Below are positions 12,144 to 24,675 of a stretch of DNA of 64,000 nucleotides, in pieces. Position 1 is the stretch's first letter, and the number at the start of each line of letters is the position of its first letter. A model generated the notes under the pieces. It saw only the letters and a list, made by a program, of their open reading frames with translations, had not been told where the DNA came from and did not search any database. Source of the DNA: Geosiphon pyriformis uo1 (lineage: Eukaryota > Fungi > Glomeromycota). Position numbers and translations under genes: made by a program. The stretch lies in contig JAAOMT010000030.1 in assembly GCA_016748015.1 (NCBI GenBank), forward strand, positions 13,796 to 77,795. Reading direction: 5' to 3'.

Positions 12144-15100
12144 GGTGTTTTGCGTGTTTGTTATGGTTTGGGAAGATATGGACCTAATATATGTTTGGTT
12201 CGTGTCAATGACGTTTCAGATCTTTGATTTATCAGTATTTAGGTAACAAACCCGCTATAACCCTGCCGTATGCCTATATAATATAATTGTTTTTTAATAA
12301 TTATTGTATTGTGCAATATTCATTAAATTATTTTTGTTTTGTTAAAATAACATTCTTATTGTTTTATATATTTAATATTGAATAAAATTCGGTTCATAAT
12401 TTAAAATAAAAATAATGGTAAGTTTTAAAATTGGAAAATTAAATATATTTTTAATATTATTTTGCATATATATATGTAACTTTATATTAATTTTAAACTT
12501 ATGAAATAAAAGTTTATATATTTAATTTATAAATAAAACAAATTTAATAATGTTATTTTTTATGTATTAATTAAATATAATTTAATTAAAACTTAAAATA
12601 TATAACAAAAATATTACTTACACATTTTTTATATATAACCAATAATTTAAACTTATATTAGGCTATATAAATTAAAAAACCTATTTGTTTTTATTTTATT
12701 TATGTTTTTAGCAACTTTTTATTTAAATACTAATTTAATTTTTATTTTAAACATTATATATTTAAGCTTTAATACTTTTTTTTTACTTTTATATTAATAC
12801 TTTATATTTTTACAAAATTATTAATTAATTAATTTTATTTTTATTAAATAAATTTATTATTTTTTATTATTTAATTTTAAATCAAATTATTTTTAAAAAA
12901 GTAAAAAATCAGTTTTTAAAAAAAATTCTGTTTTTGTTATATTTCTATTACTATTTTACAAGATAATAATTTTTTGACTTAAATATAATAGCTATTATTA
13001 ATAATACTATAATTAAAAAAAGTCAATAAATAGAACTATTTATGGTTTTATAAATAATATTTTTACACAAAAATTTAAAGTTTTAGTTAAAAATATTAAA
13101 AACTTAGATAATAAGATAAATTTAATTTTAAAAATACTTTTAAATAATATTTGTATTAAATAATTTAAAAACTAATTTTGCAAAAAAGATAAGATTTTTT
13201 TTAAATATTAATATTAATTAAAAAACAAAAAAAAAACTTATTTTTCTTTTTCATCCCAAATTGCTAAAAAAAAAGAGTCAAAAAGTTTCTGAAAAAAGTT
13301 TTTACAATTCAGTACAATAAATTTAAACTCTTTATTCTTAACTATGATACTATCATTGGCTGTAGTATTGCTGTTATGAAGAAGGCTATTAAAGTTTCTG
13401 GTTCTAGTGATAGCTTCAGATGTGTTCTTCTAAAGAAAAAAAAGAGAGGTGGTGTTTTAGAAAATGGTTCTGATAATAAAAATATTGGTCCTAAAGTTTA
13501 GAATAGTTGTTTATAGAGTTTAGAAACTGGTGACACCACTGAATCTGAAAGTATCAATATGAAGGAGAAATGTCTGGTGGAAGAAACCAGTTTCAATTAT
13601 GGTAAAAGCAGTGCTTTTGCTGAAAGAAATTCTAATCAAACACCTACTGGTTCGAAGATCAAAACCAAAAAAGCATTAGGTAAGCCATTGGGAAAAATTA
13701 ATTTTTTATTAAGTGGTGATAAAGATAATATTCTTTTGAACACTCCATTAAAACTTCTCCTACCTTTAAAAAATCTGGTCAACATTTTTGTTCACAAATC
13801 TTTTGCTTTGAATATTGGATTGAACAAGATAATTGGAAAATTCTCTCAAAAAAAGCTTCAAGTGGTCAAAAAGTTGTTTTCAAAAATCAATAATTTTGAA
13901 GAGGGGAGGCCTCTACTCTCTCAAAATTTGTTGGGATCATTAAAGTGACATTCACATCTGAATTAAGTTTGGTGCAAACTTCTAAAAAAGCTGAAGAAGC
14001 AAATATTTTGGTAAATACCAATCTCAAAAAATCATCTGAACATTTGGATCAGGCTGTGGTGTTGAAAGAAATTCCAATTAGAACTTCAACTAAGACTGTG
14101 TATGCTGTGCTATTTGAGTTCGGAATAATTAAGTCAATCAAGATGCAATTGGTAGGGCTGTGACAAAAAGCAGTGGTTAAATTTGAACAGGTTGATCATG
14201 CTGATTTAGTCACAGCAAAATAGTCTATCCTAATTGGAAAAAATGTGGTGCATGTTGCTAGATCTGATGTAGACAAAGAATCATAGAATGCAAGAGATGT
14301 TTACAAAGCTTTTTTATACACTCTGCCAATGGAGACCAACACACATAATATTTGGAACTACATTACTTTAGTGGGTGAGAAAACTTGTATCATTGACTAT
14401 TACCCAGTTTTTTATGTCTGGACCAGATGTATTGCTGTCTGTTTTGATTCTGCTGAGTCATTGGATGCTGTCATGAAGACCACACTTGTTCTAAAAAGAG
14501 CCAATTTATAATGGTTTTGTTTTGTTCTAGCTAAGTATACCGGGTGTGAGAAATTAGGTTATATATTTTTGACTTGTCCTGTTGGTGAGAAGAAAGGTGT
14601 TTCTTTTGGTGCTTTATTATAAAAAACTCTTTCAGATTCTGATAAAAACAGGCTGGCTACCATTTATGCTAAATGCTCAGCTTCAGTTGCTTATCCTGTT
14701 TCTTTTAGTGGTGTCTTATAGGCACAAATTGCTGGTGGGTCTTCTTTCTCTTCTCTTTCTGTTTGGAATGTTTTATTAAATGCTGGCTTTTTTTCAGAGA
14801 TGAAGCCTATCCCATTGGTGTTTTTGGATTTAAATAATAGGTTTGTTGCTCTTGAGCACAGTCTTTCCAGCTTCACAAAGTGTGTTAATAAGCTGGCTAA
14901 GAAGTTGGATACACTTGAGCCAACAGTTTCCCAGCTTAGTTCTAAATATTAGTCATTGATGACTTCTTCATCACAGAATTAGGGGGCGGATATAGTAATA
15001 AGTGAGGGTTCAGATATGGCCACTAGTAGTGAGACTGTTGTAGGAGTGGTGGTAGTTAATTCTTCAGTTATCTTGAGAATTGAAGAGACATTGAATAATC

Positions 15101-17801
15101 TTTTAATCATAGTTATGAGTCTTTTAGCTAAAAAAGACAATACTGATTCAGTTTCTACCCTTCATCTTTCTCAATGAATAGTAAGGTTTGGAAAGTTGTC
15201 ACTTGCAATATTAAGGGAATGAACAATTCTGCAAAGTAGGGTAATATAATTTGTTGGCATAAAAATATGAACAATTTGATTTTCATTGTTATTGAAACTA
15301 AATTGAAAAATAAAGTCTATTTATAGATTATAAACAAGTTTGATGGTGTTCATGTCTTTACTTTTGGTGTAAATTCTGGTTACTTGGATTCAGGCATTAC
15401 TATTATTATGGACATTTTTTTGGCTTGTCATGTGTGCAAAGTTTGTGAAGTGTCTAGTTAAATCTTTTCTGTTAAGTTGCTTTTCAAGAATAAGTTTTCT
15501 GTATTGATTTTGGGGTTATATGCTGGTGTTTCTTTGGTAGTTCAGTTTTTTCAGACTGTTGACATCAATTCTCTTATTGCAAAGACTGTGAATGAATTTT
15601 TTTTTGTTATTCTTGATGGTGACTTTAATAAGAATGATTTTTGTAAATGTGCCAGTTTCAGGAAATGCTTTGATTTGGGTCTAATAAACTCTTTAGCTGG
15701 AAGCTTATTTGCTAATTTACCAATATAATGCAATTTTTGTAATGTTGCTAAGACAATTGATTATGTGTTTGTTTCTTTGAATTTAATTGATGTGATAATA
15801 GGTCACAATATGACTAATATTGTGGATTATTTTGATACTGATTATGTAACTGTTTCTGTTTTTGTAAGTTTGGATGGTTTGTTGGATGTTTAGCTGTCCT
15901 TGCAGTGCAAGCAGGTGAACAAGAATTGTTAGAAGTTTGACATCAGTAGTGCTGATGAGAAGAAGTGATGCAAATTTAGAAATGTTACAGCTGTTAATAC
16001 TGCTATGTTTTCAGATGTGTTTGTGGTAGCTGAAAGGTCTTCAGATCTAGATGTAATGTAAGACATTGTTCATAGAATCATGATTTTGTCAGCCAATAAA
16101 ACATTTAAAAAGAAATAGTTCAAAAATTATGACAGTGTTTTTATCAAATTGTCTTCTAAGTTCTATAAGCTAGAATTGTATGTATTCAGGCTGGTAAAAG
16201 CTTTTTGTTTGGTTTTAAGTAAGGATTTTGTTTTGTTGCTAGGTATATGGGATAGACTTAATTCTAATGGCACAGCAGAAATGAAGTCTCTTTTTCTTTT
16301 AGGTTCTATTTTTGATGATATTCATTCTGAACTGGCAAAAGTGAAGAAATCTTACTGTTCTTTCAAGTTGCTAGAATTTAAGCATGCTAAAAAATCTTAT
16401 ATTAAGTGGGCCATTACCAGTAGAATAGAAAGTTTTGAATTAGATAAGGGTTGTACTATCAGGAGTGTATTAGAGCATCTTTTTTGCAAGATGGTGTTGG
16501 ATCATTTGGTTGTAAGTAATGAGTTGGTCTTAAAGCCTGATTTGGTTAAATTTAAGATAGATGAGATTATGAAGAATTGGACTAGGAAATGTGAAATGGT
16601 GTTTGATATTTCTGATGATTAAACTCACCAATATCAGCCTTTGGAATATGTTTTCAATAATGCATTTTCTAATGTAATGTGTCTAATTGGTTTTGATAAT
16701 ATGTTTGTTGTGGTCTTGAATCTGCCTAATGGGAAAGCAGCTGGTCTTTCTGGCATCTCTAATGAATTGTGGAAACACTGTAACAATTCAGTTTTGGATA
16801 TGTTTTTGGTGTTCTTGAATCTGTGTTTGATTTGTGAATCAGTATTTGGGTCTTAAAGAGAAACTTGGGTTTTAATAATTCCTAAGTCATATGAATGAGA
16901 AAGTGTTTTTATGAATATTTGTCTTATTGCTTTGATTGAAACAGCTCACAAAATTCTTTTCAAAATTCTTTTAGATAGGATTTCTTTAGCTTGCAGCACT
17001 TATAATATTTTACATAAAGACAATTTCTTTGTTTTGAGAGGTACAACAATGCAATCACCTATTTTTGCCATTGGCTCAGTGGTCAAAGATGCCTTGAAAA
17101 AAAACTGAGAACTGTGGCTGGTTTTGCAGAACATGTATAAGACCTATGACTCTGTTGGTTAGAAATGTCTTAGGAGGAATTTGGTTAGAATCAAGATGTG
17201 TGACAAGTTTATTAGATTTTTTGGTAGTATTTACAATAGTCATATTAACAAAGTAATGACAGACTTTGGCTTGACTGATGGGTATCATGTTCATAAAGGG
17301 TTAGACCAAGGGGAAGTTTTCTTACTTTTTCTTTAGTGTATATTCTATGATTTGCTTCTATGTGAGGTTAAAAGGCAGGACAGTATGTGTAGTTACAAGT
17401 TGAATTCTCATTTTGTCTCCAAGTCTGACTAGGCAGAATCTCAGACTGGGTTGACATTATTTTTTATTGCTGATGCTTTTATTGATGATACAATTTGGAT
17501 TGGTAGTAGCCAAACTACTACACAACACATCCTCAATATTGCTAGAGAATTCTTTAGGTTTAATGACATTTCTATAAATAATAACAAGACTGTGGCCATC
17601 TTCATTAACTGCTGGGTTTCAAACTCTTATCTGACTGTTAGTGGCTTGCCTATTTCTGTCACCAAAAAAGGGGAATCTTAGCATTATTTGGGTATTTTTT
17701 TGTCTTTTAAGAGTCTGTTGAAACTTAGCTTGGCTAAAGTGTATTCAAATGTTCAGTTTTTTGTCAATCTTGTTTTGAGAAAAACAATCTCAGATAAACA
17801 G

Positions 17802-18643
17802 TGTTATAGTTGATTATTTGGGGTCTCAAATCAAATAACAAACCCATAACTTGATGTTCAATTGATATAATGTTGTTGGTAATATCTGAAGGTATTGTTA
17901 TCTGAAGGTTTTGGTTGAGTTTTTTGTATAATGGACAGAAATTCAATGGTGATAGTTTTATCCGTAGCTTCTCAAAACTGCAGTTTTGTCAATTTCTTTC
18001 TCAGCTTGATGGCCGGTATTCCTCCTGGTAAGCTATCTTCAATCGAGTGTTCTACTTTTATTCCTGGGTCTTTTATCAGTTACGTTTATTCTGACATTAG
18101 TGCCCCACACATTAATCCTTAATAGAGTTAGTAAACAACAATAAAATCAAAGCAAGAAAATAAAAAAGGAAAAGAAAATAAAGAAAAAAAAGAAATAATC
18201 CAAGGTGATTTGCAAGTTAGTATTTCATCAATAGCCATGATTAAGGGCTATTGTTTCAGTATGGTTAAGTGTCAATTACTATTAACATAAAGTGTTGATA
18301 GTAGAAATAGATTTGAGATAACAAATAGTTATTTATTAGATGATTGTGATTTGGAGAATTGCTTAGATTAAATCTAAACTGAGAGGTCTGTCTTTTCAGC
18401 TTTTAATCCTACTGCTATATATACATAATTGAGATTCCTCAATTCCTCAATTCTCCACAACAGAAATCTTGCGATTCCTTTGAGAGGAATTTTAGAATTC
18501 TGGAATCCTGCGATTTCTTATAAGAATCTTGTAATTCCTGAAATCCTGTAATTCCTGAGAGGAATCCTGGAATTCCATATTTTACTATGTCTACTTCTAA
18601 TTGGCTATGCTAATCTCTATTCCCTATATTTCTATAAGTAACA
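17802..18643 (-). repeat. G1 3' LTR
   Basis: TGTTA..TAACA; direct repeat of 26861-27702. PPT (aaaaagaggaaataa on minus) adjacent at 18644-18658. Confidence 0.95.
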
Positions 18644-18657
18644 TTATTTCCTCTTTT

Positions 18658-19276
18658 TAATATTGAGCTCTATCAAAATTTAACTCTTTTAATTCCCTCT
18701 CTTGAAGTATTTCCTGGATTTTGTTTTTAAGAATTACTTGTGTTATTTGAGTTTATAATTCTTCAAATTGAGCATTGGTGATCTTTCCCAATTGATTACT
18801 GGTAACCATATCCATTGCTTTGCTGAGTAAAAGTTCTGGTTAATCCTGGAATGCTGTGTGTATTTGGTATATAGCTCGAGCTTGTGTGAATAAGTTGTTT
18901 TTCCCCACAAAATGTTCTAGTTGTTGTAATATTGTTGTGTCAAATAACCACTTTGTTTTATTTGTGTATAAATTCTGAATATTCATGTATTGTCCCAAGT
19001 AAAAATAACAATAGTTTTTTGGAAATTGTTGTATCCACCAATTCCAAGTTTTTTTGGTCAATTTTTGATATATTGACTCTTTTGTCAATTTTTTTATTGC
19101 CATTTTTACTTTTGCAATGATTTTGTCAATGGTATTTTCTGTCTTCTGTGTTATAATATCTTTTTGGTATCTTGATATCGAATGGTTTGTTAATTGATTG
19201 TAATCTCCATTTTTTGGTGTTGGATCAATTAAAAAAGTTGTTGTGCTAATAAGTAAATGTTGTCTGTAATCTCCAT
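18658..19276 (-). pseudogene. G1 ORF3, unknown function, between integrase and 3' LTR
   Basis: MEITDNIYLLAQQLF...MEITIN..IRYQD...YFYLG...ARAIYQIH...LGKITNAQF. Homologous fragments occur in G2, G3 and G4. Confidence 0.65.
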
Positions 19277-19336
19277 TTTTCTGATATTTTCTGTCACATC
19301 TACTATGTCTTTATATATTCTTTTGATGGATTAATT

Positions 19337-20671
19337 TCATGTGTTGTTGTTAATTATAATGATTGGTTTCAGATCTCATGGAATCTTATCTAGTCGGACT
19401 AGTAATTTTTGTACTCCTAATTGTAGAATATTACTGGTGGAGAGTGGTATGGTGTTGTGATATGGTTTCAGTCAATCTCCATGTGCTGCTTTGGTTAAAA
19501 TTTTGTTATCCAGTCTCAATTTGTAAGCTCTATTTCTTAGAATTTCTTCTATGTGAAATGGTCTGTTCCATTTGGGGTCAAATTTTCCACTTCATTGTTT
19601 TTCTGCTTTGGTACAATGTAAGAGTACTTTGTCTCTAATCTTGAATTTAACTGGTTTGTTTGGTAGTTGACTATCGTGTCTTTCTTTCTGTTTTTCTTGT
19701 GATTTTTGAATATTATCAACTGCTCTTCTTTTTTTGTTTTCCAATGTTTCCATTAAGTCATATGTTTTTCTCCACAATGTTTCTTGAAAATTCTCTTTTC
19801 TCTCTACTGGTAACATTGCTGTTCTCCTATACACTAATTTAAATGGTGTTGCTTGTGTAGTATCTTGTCTCATTGTCCGATAAGTAAATAATACTAATAG
19901 TATGAACAAATCCCAATTGTTCTGGTTTTCTTGGCTGAGTTTTGCTATTGCTTCACACAATGTTCTGTTGAATCTTTTGATTAATCCATTGGTTTGTAGA
20001 TGGTATGGTGATAATAATGGTCTCTTAATTCCGAATCTTTAGCTCAATTCTGTTAATGTTCTGTTCACAAAATGTGTTCTTTGGTCTGATAACAATTCTT
20101 TTAGACATCCATGTCAACAAATCAAATCCTGATAAATGAATTTGGCAATAGATTCTGCATTTGCTCTTTGAATTGCTTTTGCTTTTGGCCATTTAGTAAG
20201 ATAGTTCATAGCTACTGCTATGTATCTGTTTTTTCTGCTGGTAATTGTTAATGGTCTGACTAAATCAATTCTAATACAGTCAAATGGTTGTCCCACTTTG
20301 ATTGGTCTTAATGATTCACTGGGTCTTGTTCCTTCTTTTCACTGACAAGCATCACAATTTTGCACATATTAGATGATGTCTGGATACATTAATGGCCAAT
20401 AGTATTTCTTTCTGGTTCTTTCCATGGTTGCTTCTTTATGAAAATGTCCTGCAGTTGGATTTAAATACATGTTGAACAGTATTGTCTCTTTTTCTGGTTC
20501 TGTAATTACTCTGGTTGGTTGATCTGAATCTTTTCTATTTTTCTGATAAAGTATATTTTGGTGAATGATAAAATATTTGAATTGTTGTTTGATTCTCTTT
20601 TGTTCTGGTTGAGATAATTTCTCCTTGAATTGTTGAGTATCTATATAATATTGAAGTTGTTGATATTTCAT
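19337..20671 (-). pseudogene. G1 integrase (H2C2, rve core, GPF/GPY module)
   Basis: AGHF..YYWP..CDACQ, IDLV(G)PL..YLTKWP, SDQRTHF, YHLQTNGL..FNRTL, TPFKLVY. Confidence 0.9.
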
Positions 20672-20732
20672 CTTTTGTTATATTTTTGTGGGTATTGTTT
20701 TGGTTTTGTTATATTTTTGGGTTGAAATGTTC

Positions 20733-22160
20733 TTAGATTTGTCTTATTTGTGACAAACTGTTGGCATTTCCATTGTCTTTTCTCTTTTTATAATGTATAA
20801 TATAAGTATATAGTACAAGTGCTATTTTCTATCTTGACTGTCTTTTGTCTCCAAATTCTTGTTTTTGGAGTGATGTCAATCCTTTGTGATCTGTATACAC
20901 CTCAAACTTTTGGCTCAAGTATTCTTTCTATTTCAAAACTGCCCAATAGATTGCTAAGTGTTCTTGTTCTGGTGTTCTATAGTTTTTTTCGGCTGGTGTT
21001 AGATCTTGGCTGGCATATGCTACTGGATGTTCTCTGCCGTCTGGTCCTCTTTGAGATAGTACTGCTCCCAATGCTTGGCCAGATGTATCAGTGGTAATAA
21101 TGAATGGTTTGCTGTGATCTGGATAGATCAGTACCAGAGCTTGAATGAGCTTTCTTTTCAGAATATCAAAAGCTTCTTGTTAACTTTCTGTCCATTCATA
21201 TTTTGTATTCTTGGTTTGCAGTTGGTTGAGTGGCTGTGCTATCTTGGAAAAGTTCTTGATAAAATGTCAATAGTAGCTGGTGAATCCCAAGAATGATTTC
21301 AGTTCTGTCATATTAGTCAGCACTGGAAAGTTTTTTACTATCTCTATTTTCTCTGGATCCATTTTGATGCCATCTTTGCTGACTATGTGTCCCAAAAATT
21401 TTAGTTCTGTCTTGTCAAAGAAGCACTTTGTTGCATTTAACTTTAGTCCTACTCTTCTTAGTCTTTCAAACACTTATTAAAGATGATGAAAATGATCATC
21501 AAATGTTTTTGAGAATACATTGGTGTCGTTCAAGTATACAATTACTAATTTCCATAATAAGCCAGTATACACAATTTCTATTAGTCATTGGAAAGTGGCT
21601 GGAGTGTTGGTTAAGCCAAATGGCATCACTTCAAATTTGAAATTCCCTTCTCTAGTAGTGAATGCTGTCTTCTCTTTGTTGGCTGAATTCATGGCTATTT
21701 GCCAGTAACCACTGTCTAAGTTTAATGTTGAGAACCATTTGTTCCCACCAAAAGCATTGAATAATTCCTGTATTCGTGGAGTTGGATAGCTGTCTCCACA
21801 AATTATACTATTGAGTTTTTTGTAGTTCACACAAAATTGAATTTTGCCATTCTTCTTATGGACAAGTACCACTGGTGACGACCAGGGGCTTATTGATGGT
21901 TGGATTAGCCCATTGTTAAGCATTTGGTTTATCTCTTGACAAATAATCTTGTGGCTGGCTGGTGGCACTCTGTATGCTCTTAGTTTAATTGGCATTGCAT
22001 CTCCAATCTTGATTTGATGCTGGATGATATTAGTTCGGCCAAACTTATTTTCACTGACAAAGATGTTGTTGAACTGGTTGAGCAACATCTTGAGCTGCAT
22101 ACGTTGAAGTGGATCTAAGTTTCCTATGTTTATTTGTTCCAATTGTTCTGGTTGGAGCAA
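20733..22160 (-). pseudogene. G1 reverse transcriptase and RNase H
   Basis: SPWSSPVVLV, FCVNYKKLN, LDSGYWQI, KTAF, MPFGLTNTPATFQ, YLND, FLGHIVS, FLGFTSYY. Ends NANSLSQIRQI*. Confidence 0.92.
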
Positions 22161-22247
22161 ATAACATTTGCTTCATCCATATATTGTTTGTGATGTAATA
22201 TCAACATATCCACAAAGTTGTAGAAAGTCTGGAATGGTGCTTGGTGG

Positions 22248-22958
22248 TTAATCTTCTATTTCTGTAGTCAAATATCCAATGGTAGTTTCTTCTAGTATCT
22301 GGACAACACTTCCAGTGTTATTGTAGATGGAAATTTTTATGCGGCTATACTCTTTAGCTGGTATGTAAAGATTGATAAGTCCAATCTCTCCTGACTCGTA
22401 AAGGCTTGTTTCTGCTTCAAAAATTTGGTTTTGATCCTTCATCTTCCTCTCTATTTCTACCATGTATTGGTCATATGGTGGAATAGAAATTGCTTGACTG
22501 GTTGAGATAAATTCTCTTTGGCTAACAATTTTTTCTTCCGCCATATTAACTGGTACATCTATTCTACTCATTGATCTAAATCCCTGTATTCTTCTAGCTG
22601 TTATCCCTAATTCTTCTCTATTTCCCACTGACACTAACTGAGCTATTTTTACTAGAGGCAGGAATATTGCTTGTGCTATTTTTTTATTTGGTTCTATAAT
22701 ATATGCCTTTTTTGAATCATTTTGTAGCATAGTAATGATATTTCCTACGTATCCTGCATCGATTATTCCTTCTCTGATGTTTATCCCTCTTTTTGCTAAA
22801 CTACTCCTAGATGCTAGTTGAATCATTGTTGTTGCTAAAATTTCTAAAGCTACTTTTAGATCAATGTAGATACACAAATGTGGTTCCAATTTGATGGCTT
22901 CTTTTCCGGGATATCTCAGACCAAATCCAGCATCCATATCATGTACATGTTCTGGCAT
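22248..22958 (-). pseudogene. G1 trimeric dUTPase domain within pol
   Basis: Motifs I-V in order: DAGFGL, SRSSL, GIIDAGYVGNI, KIAQ, RRIQGFRS (degenerate RGxxGFGS). Confidence 0.9.
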
Positions 22959-23199
22959 AATATCTGTTATCGTTAAACCATTTAAGTTTCTGCTCTTTGG
23001 TAAGGTTGGAAATCACGATATATTGTTTGTAGTTTAAATTGGAGTTTAAATCTAAGTTGGAATCGTTGTCATTGTTAATTCTATTTTGAATAGAGCTAGA
23101 ACTGGTGTTTTCATCATCATCCTTGTCAAAGTTTGAATCAGGATTGAAAATTGATTCTGATTCCGATGCACAGCTGCTAATTGGTTTTTCCTCTTCAGG

Positions 23200-23900
23200 G
23201 ATTGTGTAGATCATGCATGGTGGTGGATTGTAAATGAGGTTACACTTATTGCAATACTAGAAGTTACATAGGATTAAACAATGGTCACATAGTCGGGTGT
23301 TTATTTCTTCCAATCTTTGTTCCTGCTCTTTTCTGGTGGGTGCTAAGTTCTGATAGTGTTCATAGAATTCTTCTGGGCTGTTTTCTAAGTTGAGAAAGGC
23401 ATCCAGGTTGAGAACCAAAACAATGTTTGTTGGTTCTGGAGGATTGTTCTTGATTTCCAGAATTTTACTGGGCAAAGCACTTTCTACTTTGGCATTGGCC
23501 ATTCGCCAGATTTTGTCTTCATCATGTGAGTAACCTTCTAAGCAAGAGATTGCTTGGTGCCAGGTGGCTGTTATGGGCATGCCATGACTCACCCAATCAC
23601 TGATAAGGATCGTGTATTGGCATGAAGCGTCACACATTCCTCCTCAACTAGGATGTCATTCCACATTCCTTCATCGAATAACTGTTGACCACAAGCAAGA
23701 TATGGTTTATTGTCCCACTTGCTTTGTTGTTTTGGGTAATCATAGCGTTTTCTATGACATGGTTTGCAGTAGTAGTGAGTTCGCATCCAGTAGTCTTCGT
23801 CTGGTGCGATCTATGCTCCCATGGAAGAGAGTTTCTTCTTACAGTCCTGATATTTTAAGGGAATGTAAGGTGGCTTCTTCACTGGCTTCCGTAAGTATTC
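23200..23900 (-). pseudogene. G1 Cys-rich putative multi-zinc-binding domain between protease and dUTPase
   Basis: DC..., YCKPCH, LACG, CDASCQY, CDHC..C...YCNKC. Conserved in G2 and G3. Confidence 0.6.
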
Positions 23901-24260
23901 TCTTTCTCAGCCACTGGTTATTTTCTCTGTGGCTTTGTCGGCTTTTTCAGGTAAGTCTTCTTCTTTTTCCTTTCTTTTCCTTTTTTCTTCCCAGTTGGTT
24001 GGTGTTGCTTTACTTTCATTGTCATTGTTCCAGGCATCAATAGTGGTCTCCCAGGTATGTTCTTCTGTTTCTATTCCTTTTTCTTTTTTATTGGTCTTTT
24101 CTTCCCAGTCTAGAATCGGTGGTAGCTCATTGTGCTCAATATCGGCCCACAATACTTGGTACACCTTCCAAGTAGGCTTTGGTTTTTCTTCCTCAAAATC
24201 AATAAGTGGCATTAATGATATGACATTGTTTGGTTTGAAATGGCCACAAGTGGCTGGTAC

Positions 24261-24650
24261 TCACATGTGTTGGCCATTTTGGCTGAGTTGAAGTTTCTGC
24301 ATGTTCCAGTTGAGCATTGCGTTGGTTTTGGACAACCAGTTGTTGCCAACGAGAGCTTGGTACTGTGTTGCTTCCATTACTAGTACCTTGATTGATACAG
24401 TGATGCTATTAATTTCAATGGGTAGATTATCAATCTCACCAATGGGAGTTTTGGTTGCTCCATTGACTGTTATAATTCTGGTGCTGGCAGCACAATCAAT
24501 TCGACAACCTAATTGGTCTATGAGTTGTCGTGTGATAATGCTGTCTGCTGACTCACTATTCAGAATAAGTTTGATGGAATGGCCATCAATTTTGGCATTG
24601 GTATACATTGCCGTGATGGGTTTTTTCTCAATAGTGACTCCACTAAACAA
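24261..24650 (-). pseudogene. G1 retropepsin-type aspartic protease
   Basis: IKLILNSESADSII (degenerate LDSGS; LDSR in G3/G4) and ALVGNNWL. Confidence 0.88.
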
Positions 24651-24675
24651 AGGAACTTTTGATGGTTCCTTAATT

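Noticed and set aside
22248-22958. Host dUTPase gene (DUT1)
   Set aside because: Lies within pol of an LTR-bounded element and recurs at the same position in G2 and G3.
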